From assembly GCF_000009705.1 (NCBI RefSeq), contig NC_003272.1:780001-812000 (forward strand): a stretch of 32,000 nucleotides of DNA, given 5' to 3'. The notes beneath the pieces were generated by a model. It ran no database searches and was not told the DNA's origin. It saw only the letters and a list, made by a program, of their open reading frames with translations. Below are positions 24,890 to 32,000 of this stretch, in pieces (the stretch's first letter is position 1; each line of letters begins with the position of its first letter). Position numbers and translations under genes: made by a program. Source of the DNA: Nostoc sp. PCC 7120 = FACHB-418 (GTDB taxonomy: Bacteria > Cyanobacteriota > Cyanobacteriia > Cyanobacteriales > Nostocaceae).

Positions 24890-25993
24890 ATGGATTTTTC
24901 AAAAACTAACTCAGTACCAAATCCTTTATTTCAGAAAATTGAACAAGTCCGCCGTCGCCCAGGTAAAGTAAGAGATACTCACATTACTTTGGCACATGGT
25001 AGTGGTGGTAAAGCCATGCGCGACTTAATAGATGATATTTTTGTCAACAATTTTGATAATCCCATCCTCTCTCAACTAGAAGACCAAGCCACTATCAATT
25101 TATCTACTCTTTTACAACAGGGGGAGAGGCTGGCTTTTACCACAGATTCCTATGTGGTAGACCCGTTATTTTTTCCCGGTAGTGATATAGGAGAATTAGC
25201 AATTAATGGCACAATAAATGACTTAGCTGTTAGTGGTGCTAAACCCTTATATTTTACCTGTAGCGTCATTTTAGAAGAAGGTTTACCGATAGAAACTTTG
25301 CGTCGTGTTGCTACCAGCATGAAAGTAGCTGCCCAAAAAGCCGGAGTGCAAATTGTGACTGGTGACACCAAAGTTGTTCCTCGCGGATGTGCTGATAAAC
25401 TCTTTATTAACACGGCTGGTATTGGTATTATTCCATCGGGAATTGATATTTCTGCACATAATATTCAACCAGGAGATTCTATAATTATTAATGGTGAATT
25501 AGGTAATCATGGGGCAGCAATTTTAATTGCCCGTGGTGAATTAGCCTTAGAAACTAATATAGAAAGTGACTGTCAAGCCTTACATGATTTAGTGGCTACT
25601 ATCCTTAATGTTTGCCCTCAAGTTCATGCTATGCGAGATGCTACAAGGGGAGGATTAGCTACAGTTTTAAATGAATTTGCTACCAGTTCTCATGTCGGAA
25701 TACGCCTGTACGAAGAATCTCTACCAGTGCGTGAGGAAGTCAAGGGAATGTGTGAGATTTTAGGTTTAGACCCTTTATATTTAGCGAATGAAGGCAAATT
25801 AGTAGTAGTGGTAGATAGTGAACAAGCACAAGCTGTTTTATCTGCGATGAAATCTCATCCAAAAGGACGAGATGCGTGTATTGTGGGTGAAGTTATGGCT
25901 ACGCCTCCGGGAGTAGTTTTTCTAAAAACTACTTTTGGTACAGAACGGATTGTTGATATGCTAGTCGGTGAGCAATTACCGCGTATTTGTTAA
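24890..25993 (+). CDS. hypE: Hydrogenase maturation protein HypE
   Basis: 367 aa with a PurM-like fold pattern, LAHGSGGKAM near the N-terminus and the canonical C-terminal PRIC. Confidence 0.95.
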   Translation: MDFSKTNSVPNPLFQKIEQVRRRPGKVRDTHITLAHGSGGKAMRDLIDDIFVNNFDNPILSQLEDQATINLSTLLQQGERLAFTTDSYVVDPLFFPGSDIGELAINGTINDLAVSGAKPLYFTCSVILEEGLPIETLRRVATSMKVAAQKAGVQIVTGDTKVVPRGCADKLFINTAGIGIIPSGIDISAHNIQPGDSIIINGELGNHGAAILIARGELALETNIESDCQALHDLVATILNVCPQVHAMRDATRGGLATVLNEFATSSHVGIRLYEESLPVREEVKGMCEILGLDPLYLANEGKLVVVVDSEQAQAVLSAMKSHPKGRDACIVGEVMATPPGVVFLKTTFGTERIVDMLVGEQLPRIC

Positions 25994-26011
25994 TTATAAG
26001 TAGAGCGTTTC

Positions 26012-26353
26012 ATGCACGAACTAGGAATTACACAAAATATCGTAGCTATTGTTAGTGAATATGCTCAAGGCTCAAAAGTAAACCGAATTTTATTAGAAAT
26101 CGGTAAACTTTCGGCTATTATGCCTGATGCTGTGCAATTTTGTTTTGATATTTGTAGTAAAGGTACGTCTTTAGAAGGTGCAGTCTTAGAAATTAGAGAA
26201 ATTCCGGGTTTAGCTAAATGTCGCCAATGTGGTGCAGAAATTGCTTTAGAAAAACCATTTGGTATTTGTGGTTGTGGTAGTGTGCATTTAGATGTAATTA
26301 CTGGTGAAGAACTGAAAATCAAAGAAATAGAGGTCGAAGAAGTATGTGTGTAA
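26012..26353 (+). CDS. hypA: Nickel insertion protein HypA
   Basis: 113 aa. The MHELGI N-terminus and the zinc-site pairs CRQCG and CGCGS are present. Confidence 0.93.
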   Translation: MHELGITQNIVAIVSEYAQGSKVNRILLEIGKLSAIMPDAVQFCFDICSKGTSLEGAVLEIREIPGLAKCRQCGAEIALEKPFGICGCGSVHLDVITGEELKIKEIEVEEVCV

Positions 26354-27189
26354 CCTGTGGTTGTTCTGATGAGTCTGAAGATAAAATTACTAATTTAGAA
26401 ACAGGCGAAATGGTACATAATCACCATCATCATACTCACACCTTAGCTGATGGTACTGTCATTACTCACTCTCATAGTCATGAGCAGGAACCATCACAAA
26501 TTCATGCCAAAATTCATAACACTACGATATCTTTAGAACAAGAAATTTTAGGGAAAAATAACCTATTAGCTGCCCAAAATCGGGGATGGTTTAAAGGTCG
26601 AAATATTCTGTCCTTAAATCTAATGAGTTCTCCTGGCGCAGGTAAAACAACTCTTTTGACTCAGACTATCAACGACCTGAAGCATCAATTACCCATAACT
26701 GTGATTGAAGGCGACCAAGAAACAATTAACGATGCCGAAAAAATTAAAGAAACTGGCTGTAAAGTAGTCCAAATTAACACGGGAACAGGTTGTCATTTGG
26801 ATGCTTCCATGATTGAAAGGGGTTTACAACAATTAAACCCACCGATAAACTCTGTTTTGATGATTGAAAATGTCGGTAATTTAGTTTGTCCGGCTTTATT
26901 TGATTTGGGTGAACAAGCGAAAGTCGTGATTCTTTCGGTGACAGAGGGAGAGGATAAACCAATCAAATACCCCCACATCTTCCGCGCCAGTGAGATTATG
27001 ATTCTCACTAAAATTGATTTGTTGCCCTATGTGAATTTCGATGTGCAGCGTTGTGTAGAATATGCAAAGCAGGTAAACCCGAACATCCAGATTTTTCAAG
27101 TTTCTGCAACTACGGGTTTAGGGTTGGATACTTGGTATAAATGGTTAACGAATAAAGTAGCTAATTCATCAGTACCAGTTTTTCCTTAA
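26344..27189 (+). CDS. hypB: Nickel-binding GTPase HypB
   Basis: It starts MCVTCGCSDE and has a His-rich stretch (HNHHHHTHT...HSHSHE), the P-loop SSPGAGKTTLL and ENVGNLVCPA. It overlaps the hypA end by 10 nt. Confidence 0.95.
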   Translation: MCVTCGCSDESEDKITNLETGEMVHNHHHHTHTLADGTVITHSHSHEQEPSQIHAKIHNTTISLEQEILGKNNLLAAQNRGWFKGRNILSLNLMSSPGAGKTTLLTQTINDLKHQLPITVIEGDQETINDAEKIKETGCKVVQINTGTGCHLDASMIERGLQQLNPPINSVLMIENVGNLVCPALFDLGEQAKVVILSVTEGEDKPIKYPHIFRASEIMILTKIDLLPYVNFDVQRCVEYAKQVNPNIQIFQVSATTGLGLDTWYKWLTNKVANSSVPVFP

Positions 27190-27451
27190 TCTAGTAATTT
27201 TGCGTCAACCTGTAGATGTTTTTTAGCCACGATGAACATTTCTGACTGAAAAGCTTATACTCTATGTCTTTGGACGGTTTTTCCTCAAAATGAGGTTGAC
27301 GCTATTACATCAAATTCTTGCTGTGATTGGTTTTCACGCATTTTTTGAGGTGCTACTCTTGACAAAGCGATCGCTCAAAAGCTACCTTAGTCACAAGTTC
27401 ACGCAACCGCACCTTGAAAACCAAATATATCAAGCTTTCCCAGCCTGAGCC

Positions 27452-27559
27452 ATTGCAATTAACTAAAATCCCTATCAGGGATTGAAACATCCCACAGGTT
27501 ATTCAGCCTTGCTATTGCATCATTGCAATTAACTAAAATCCCTATCAGGGATTGAAACG
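27452..27559 (+). CRISPR. Orphan mini-CRISPR: two identical 37/38-bp repeats and one 32-bp spacer
   Basis: cATTGCAATTAACTAAAATCCCTATCAGGGATTGAAAC occurs at 27452-27489 and 27522-27559. It has an internal palindrome (CCCTATCAGGG) and ends in ATTGAAAC, the Cas6-type 8-nt tag. The spacer is atcccacaggttattcagccttgctattgcat. No cas genes are in the window. Confidence 0.75.
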
Positions 27560-27720
27560 TAAGAAACAATAGATTTGTTGTACTCGCAACATTGAGTTCC
27601 AATTAATACAACGCGAATCCTTAGCCCCTAGCCTTTATCATGTAAGTTGAGCGTCGCCAAACCGAGAAATATTGCAACTCTTCACAAAAAAGCAATAACA
27701 AAGCAACAAAACTGTCATAA

Positions 27721-29010
27721 ATGCTATCTAAAGTAGTAATAAACATAGTTTCCTTGCTCACGGCCATGCAAAACCAAGTACACGATGAATCTCAACCGTT
27801 AAATCCTAAAAACCATAATCATGCACCTTGGAAAAAAGCGGCTGCATCTCTATCACTAGTACTGCTGGGATCTGGTATGACTTTAGCTGGTGGATATTTA
27901 GCAGGAAACCAGCAGCAATTGGCACAAAAAGCATCTGACTTGGCGGTGAGCCGAGTAGATGCAGCACCACCATTAGGAAATAACACAGACCCCAACTTTG
28001 TGACTCAAGTGGTGCAAAGAGTTGGGCCGGCTGTGGTGCGGATTGAAGCGTCTCGGACTGTCACATCTCGATTACCAGCCGAGTTTAACGACCCATTTTT
28101 CCGCCGCTTCTTCGGTTCTCAACTACCTCAACAACAAGAAAGAGTACAACGGGGTACTGGTTCCGGCTTTCTTATTAGTGCTGATGGCAGTATTCTTACC
28201 AATGCTCACGTTGTTGATGGTGCAGATACAGTGCGGGTCATCCTCAAAGATGGGCGCAGTTTTCAGGGTAAAGTATTAGGTACAGATAATTTAACAGATG
28301 TAGCTGTTGTCAAAATTCAGGCAAATAACTTGCCAACCTTAACGGTGGGTAATTCTGACCAATTACAACCAGGACAATGGGCGATCGCTATTGGTAATCC
28401 TTTAGGTTTAGATAACACCGTCACCACAGGTATAATTAGTGCGACTGGACGTACCAGCAATCAAATTGGCGCACCTGATAAGCGCGTAGAATATATTCAA
28501 ACTGACGCGGCAATTAATCCAGGTAACTCTGGTGGCCCCTTGCTGAATTATCGTGGTGAAGTGATTGGGATGAATACCGCCATTATTCAAGGCGCACAGG
28601 GTCTAGGTTTTGCCATCCCTATCAAAACAGCACAACGTATTTCTAATCAACTTATAGCTACCGGTAAAGTACAGCATCCTTACCTTGGTATTCAAATGGT
28701 AGGGTTAACACCGCAAATCAAGCAAAACATTAACTCTGACCCCAATAGCGGTTTAACTGTAGATAGAGACAAGGGTGTTTTAGTGGTCAGAGTCCTGCCA
28801 AACTCGCCAGCCGCAAGAGCAGGGCTACGCGCTGGTGATGTCATTCAAAAGCTGAATGGCCAAGCTGTTACAGATGCTAGCAATGTACAGAGAGCCGTTG
28901 AGAACGCTCAAGTTGGTGGACAATTGCAGCTAGAATTATGGCGCAATGGTCGAAATCTCAACTTAGCCGTACAAGCAGGCGCTTTCCCGACCCAACAACA
29001 GGTGAAATAA
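27721..29010 (+). CDS. HtrA/DegP-family serine protease with C-terminal PDZ domain
   Basis: The catalytic triad contexts TNAHVV, TDVAVVK and GNSGGPL are present, with an N-terminal TM anchor and a PDZ-like C-terminus (GVLVVRVLPNSPAARAGLRAGDVI). The start could also be the internal M (MQNQVHD). Confidence 0.9.
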   Translation: MLSKVVINIVSLLTAMQNQVHDESQPLNPKNHNHAPWKKAAASLSLVLLGSGMTLAGGYLAGNQQQLAQKASDLAVSRVDAAPPLGNNTDPNFVTQVVQRVGPAVVRIEASRTVTSRLPAEFNDPFFRRFFGSQLPQQQERVQRGTGSGFLISADGSILTNAHVVDGADTVRVILKDGRSFQGKVLGTDNLTDVAVVKIQANNLPTLTVGNSDQLQPGQWAIAIGNPLGLDNTVTTGIISATGRTSNQIGAPDKRVEYIQTDAAINPGNSGGPLLNYRGEVIGMNTAIIQGAQGLGFAIPIKTAQRISNQLIATGKVQHPYLGIQMVGLTPQIKQNINSDPNSGLTVDRDKGVLVVRVLPNSPAARAGLRAGDVIQKLNGQAVTDASNVQRAVENAQVGGQLQLELWRNGRNLNLAVQAGAFPTQQQVK

Positions 29011-29097
29011 GGGTGTAAGTAGGGATGTAGGGGTGTAGGGGTGTAGAAGAAGAAAAAATTCTTACTCAGCACTCATTACTACCCACTCCCTACTCCC
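29011..29097. repeat. Octamer tandem repeats (GGGGTGTA-like) plus complementary C-rich arm; possible bidirectional terminator
   Basis: gggtgtaagtagggatgtaggggtgtaggggtgtag (29011-29046) faces ctacccactccctactccc (29079-29097), between the convergent genes 27721-29010(+) and 29102-29473(-). Confidence 0.45.
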
Positions 29098-29101
29098 TCA
29101 A

Positions 29102-29473
29102 TTAACGTACTAACAAATACCTGAAACCAATGGCTAACAAAAATACACCGTACAATTTTTTCATGGTTTCGCTGGTAATAAATGGCTGATTGGCAAACAT
29201 CGCACCAAACAAATTGCCAACTAATAAGCCGACTGCAATAATCACAGCATATTTAAAATTAATATTGCCGCTACGATGATAGACTGCTGCTCCTAAAAGT
29301 CCAATGGGTAAGATTTGGGCTGCAATAGATGTACCCGTGGCAAATTTTTGATCAAGCCCCATTAATAGAACCATTGCAGGAACCATAATTGCACCGCCAC
29401 CAATGCCAAACATTCCCCCAGCAACACCAGCAGCCAGTCCAATTAGCAATAGTTGTACAAGTAAATTAGACAT
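29102..29473 (-). CDS. Half-size TauE/SafE (TSUP, DUF81) family membrane protein
   Basis: 123 aa with four hydrophobic helices. GGMFGIGGGAIMVPAMVLLMGLDQKFATGTS matches the TSUP signature. It is about half the length of typical family members. Confidence 0.7.
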   Translation of the reverse strand: MSNLLVQLLLIGLAAGVAGGMFGIGGGAIMVPAMVLLMGLDQKFATGTSIAAQILPIGLLGAAVYHRSGNINFKYAVIIAVGLLVGNLFGAMFANQPFITSETMKKLYGVFLLAIGFRYLLVR

Positions 29474-29692
29474 ACAAACGTGTAATTTCTCTGTGAATTA
29501 CAAATAATTTTAGGTGACAAGATTGGTTTAGAGGCTGTTTTCAGTGATGAGGTTTGTTGACTGTTGACAAAAAAATATGTAGGTTCGTCTTAGGGTAGTC
29601 TGGATCTGAGATCGCTAACAATTCCTTTTATCTACAAAATTCGGACACCCATCTAAGATAAAACCCCAACAATCAAAGGCTTTCAAGTCTGT

Positions 29693-29734
29693 TAACAGTC
29701 AACCATCAACAGTCAACCATCAACAGTCAACAAT
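29693..29734. repeat. STRR array (AACAGTC/AACCATC heptamers) in divergent promoter region
   Basis: aacagtcaaccatcaacagtcaaccatcaacagtcaacaat. The complementary ttgactgttgacaa lies at about 29555-29570. Confidence 0.85.
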
Positions 29735-29774
29735 ATAAATATCGTGCCAAATCGGCTAAAAGCGCATACTCTAG

Positions 29775-31856
29775 ATGTATTCTGTATCAACTTTAACATC
29801 TATTGTCATTGCTATGCCCCAAGATTTTTCTCACCAAAATCTTAGAGGTCGCTCTTTTAAAGGTCAAAATCTTGTAGGAGTCAATTTTAGTTACGCAGAT
29901 ATTCAAGGCGTAGATTTTAGTGGAGCCAATCTGCGAGGGGCAAATTTTAGCTGCACCAAAACGGGACTGCAAAGCACGTGGAGAACTTGTTTAGCCGTTA
30001 TATGTTTATTGCTAGCACTAATATCAGGGGTGATTTGTGCATTTGCAGGTGGTTATCTGGGATTTTTACTGGTAAATCCGAATTGGTTAAATAAAGCAAC
30101 TGGTCTATTACTGATGGTGGGATTTGCCATCTTTTTTACAGTTGGTGTTAGCAAAAGTTTAACGGACGCTTTTTATGTTTCAGGGCTTTTATTGATTTTG
30201 GCGTTTACAGGCGGTGTATTAACATCGGGGTCTGGAACTGGCAGTGGTGCGGGATATTTTGCCTTTTCCATGATTGGTATGCTCACAGGTGTCATGCTTG
30301 GAGCTATAGCTATTGCGGAAGCCTGGGATTTGTTTGGGACTTTCACCGTGCTTGGTGTTTTGCTGTCCACAATATTCGGTGCGTTGATTTATTCAACGAT
30401 GGGAAGAGGTGCGGTAGTTGAGGCGAGATTTCTAGCGTTGGTATTTGCATTGATATTTATCGGATTTTCCACTTATATTGGTCACCGGATATTAAAAAAT
30501 CATGAAATAGATGGGTGGATGCGTACTATTTTGATTTTTCTAGCAACGATAGGAGGGACAAACTTTCGTAATGCTAATTTGACTGATGCTAACTTTACGG
30601 GATCTATACTTAAAAGTACAGATTTGAGAAAAGCGAACCTGACACGTACTAGTTTCCACAAAGTTAATCAACTTGACCGTGTACTTCCTGGTTTCACTTA
30701 CCTACAAAACACGAAAATACACCAACTATTAATCACAGGACAAGGACAAGAGCAGCAGCTTGAGCGTCAAGATTTACGCGGAGTTAACTTACAGGGTGCA
30801 AACTTAGCAGATGCTAATTTTATCGGTGCAGACTTGAGCCAAGCCAACTTACAAGACGCAGATTTATCTAGAGCAAAGCTGGTACAAACCCAACTGGACG
30901 GTACAGATTTCACCGGTGCAATTCTCACCGGAGCCTACATTGAAGACTGGGGGATTACTACCGATACCAAATTTGATGGCGTGCGGTGTGAGTATGTTTA
31001 TATGCGATTGCCTACTCAAGATAATCCAGACCCCCATCGTAAACCTGATAATCGCCAAGAAGTCTTTGCCGATGGAGAGTTTGGCGATTTTATTCAACCA
31101 ATTTTTGACACACTTGACTTATACCATAATCAGGGTGTTGATCCTCGTGCGATCGCCATTTCTTTTAAGGAACTAGCAGAAAATCACCCAGAGGCTGAAC
31201 TAGAAATAGTCGCAATGGAGAAACGCGGACAAGACAAAATTCTGTTACGAGCCAAAACCGCAACTCAGGCTGATAAATCCGAACTTAGTGCTGAATATTT
31301 CACTACATATAATCAACTACACACTTTAGCACAGCAAGAATTACAAGCGCTCATAGCCGAGAAAGATAGCAGAATTTCTGATTTACAAACTATGGTGATG
31401 ACAGCATTACAGCGTCCTAGTTTTTATGCCCAAACCTATCAAAATCAGGGGGATACCGTTATGTCCGAAAGCTCAAAACAAGTTTTTCATAACAGCCTAC
31501 CAAATGCCCAATTCGGGGGTGGTCTGGTAAATGCTGATACTGTAACCGGGCAGCAAATTGCCACTGGAAACATGACTAATAATAGCCCACAGCAAAAGCA
31601 GAATTTGGCCGCAGCCGCTACAGAAATTCAACAGTTACTCAATCAACTCAGCCAAACACACCCCACAACAACCACATCGGAAAAGATGACAGTTGTGGCT
31701 AAGGTTGTGGATGAAATTGAAAGCAATCCCACTTTAAAAGCGCGAGTAGTTGGCGCATTGAAGGCGGGAGGAATAGAAGCTTTTAAAGAGATGATAGATC
31801 ATCCCCTGGTAAATATTCTCTTGGCTTCAATCGATGGGTGGCAGGAGGCGGAGTAA
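29775..31856 (+). CDS. Pentapeptide-repeat protein with central multi-TM region and C-terminal coiled/unknown domain
   Basis: 693 aa. Pentapeptide runs occur at the N-terminus (NLVGVNFSYADIQGVDFSGANLRGANFS) and after the TM block (ANLTDANFTGSILKSTDLRKANLTRTSF; VNLQGANLADANFIGADLSQANLQDADLSRAKL). About 6 hydrophobic helices lie between residues about 70 and 260. Confidence 0.85.
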   Translation: MYSVSTLTSIVIAMPQDFSHQNLRGRSFKGQNLVGVNFSYADIQGVDFSGANLRGANFSCTKTGLQSTWRTCLAVICLLLALISGVICAFAGGYLGFLLVNPNWLNKATGLLLMVGFAIFFTVGVSKSLTDAFYVSGLLLILAFTGGVLTSGSGTGSGAGYFAFSMIGMLTGVMLGAIAIAEAWDLFGTFTVLGVLLSTIFGALIYSTMGRGAVVEARFLALVFALIFIGFSTYIGHRILKNHEIDGWMRTILIFLATIGGTNFRNANLTDANFTGSILKSTDLRKANLTRTSFHKVNQLDRVLPGFTYLQNTKIHQLLITGQGQEQQLERQDLRGVNLQGANLADANFIGADLSQANLQDADLSRAKLVQTQLDGTDFTGAILTGAYIEDWGITTDTKFDGVRCEYVYMRLPTQDNPDPHRKPDNRQEVFADGEFGDFIQPIFDTLDLYHNQGVDPRAIAISFKELAENHPEAELEIVAMEKRGQDKILLRAKTATQADKSELSAEYFTTYNQLHTLAQQELQALIAEKDSRISDLQTMVMTALQRPSFYAQTYQNQGDTVMSESSKQVFHNSLPNAQFGGGLVNADTVTGQQIATGNMTNNSPQQKQNLAAAATEIQQLLNQLSQTHPTTTTSEKMTVVAKVVDEIESNPTLKARVVGALKAGGIEAFKEMIDHPLVNILLASIDGWQEAE

Positions 31857-31860
31857 AAAA

Positions 31861-31892
31861 GCAGGGGAGCAGGGGAGCAGGGAGCAGGGGAG
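31861..31892. repeat. Short tandem repeat GCAGGGGA x4
   Basis: gcaggggagcaggggagcagggagcaggggag lies directly after the stop of 29775-31856. A related gagcaggggagc lies at about 31960. Confidence 0.8.
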
Positions 31893-32000
31893 AAAAACCA
31901 CCCACAAGGGGTGTTAGCGAAGCGGAACGTAGTTCGGCTTCAACCAAGGGAGCAAGAGAGCAGGGGAGCTATCGCCCACAAGGGGCGAGGTTTTAAACCT

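Noticed and set aside
27190-29010. cas genes or a larger array associated with the mini-CRISPR
   Set aside because: The flanks are hypB on one side and an HtrA protease gene on the other. Only two repeat copies exist in the window, so it is called an orphan mini-array.

Overview
This window comes from a heterocyst-forming cyanobacterium of the Nostoc/Anabaena type, judged from HIP1 GCGATCGC palindromes, heptameric STRR arrays and hup/hyp synteny. The backbone is the uptake [NiFe]-hydrogenase locus. hupS and hupL lie on the minus strand, followed by a five-ORF cluster (two small membrane proteins, TPR-like, NifU-like, NHL-repeat) and then hypF-hypC-hypD-(tautomerase)-hypE-hypA-hypB on the plus strand. 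hupL is split into a 5' segment (14957-15467) and a 3' segment (4437-5537) by an insertion bounded by perfect 16-bp direct repeats (CCATATAACTGCTGTG). A XisA/XisC-family recombinase gene sits next to one border. This is the architecture of the developmentally excised hupL element described for Anabaena PCC 7120, and in-silico excision restores a 531-aa HupL. The less explored part is the element's cargo (7106-14772). It holds an integron-integrase-like 3' gene remnant antisense to the xisC end. It also holds three plus-strand gene units, each closed by a copy of the same 110-207 bp HIP1-rich repeat: a Vsr/DUF559-like nuclease fusion, a translationally coupled DUF5674-like pair, and a DUF2281/PIN toxin-antitoxin pair. 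Beyond these are two 1.63-kb direct-repeat copies of a P-loop ATPase/PD-(D/E)XK gene, one intact and one killed by a CGA->TGA change beside the P-loop. The two copies bracket an AT-rich segment encoding a two-TM protein. Outside the element there are a WD40 protein, a PAP2/vanadium-haloperoxidase-like protein, a frameshifted integrase remnant, a two-repeat orphan mini-CRISPR between hypB and an HtrA protease gene, a half-size TauE/SafE protein, and a membrane-anchored pentapeptide-repeat protein. All family assignments come from motif recognition by eye; no database search was run.
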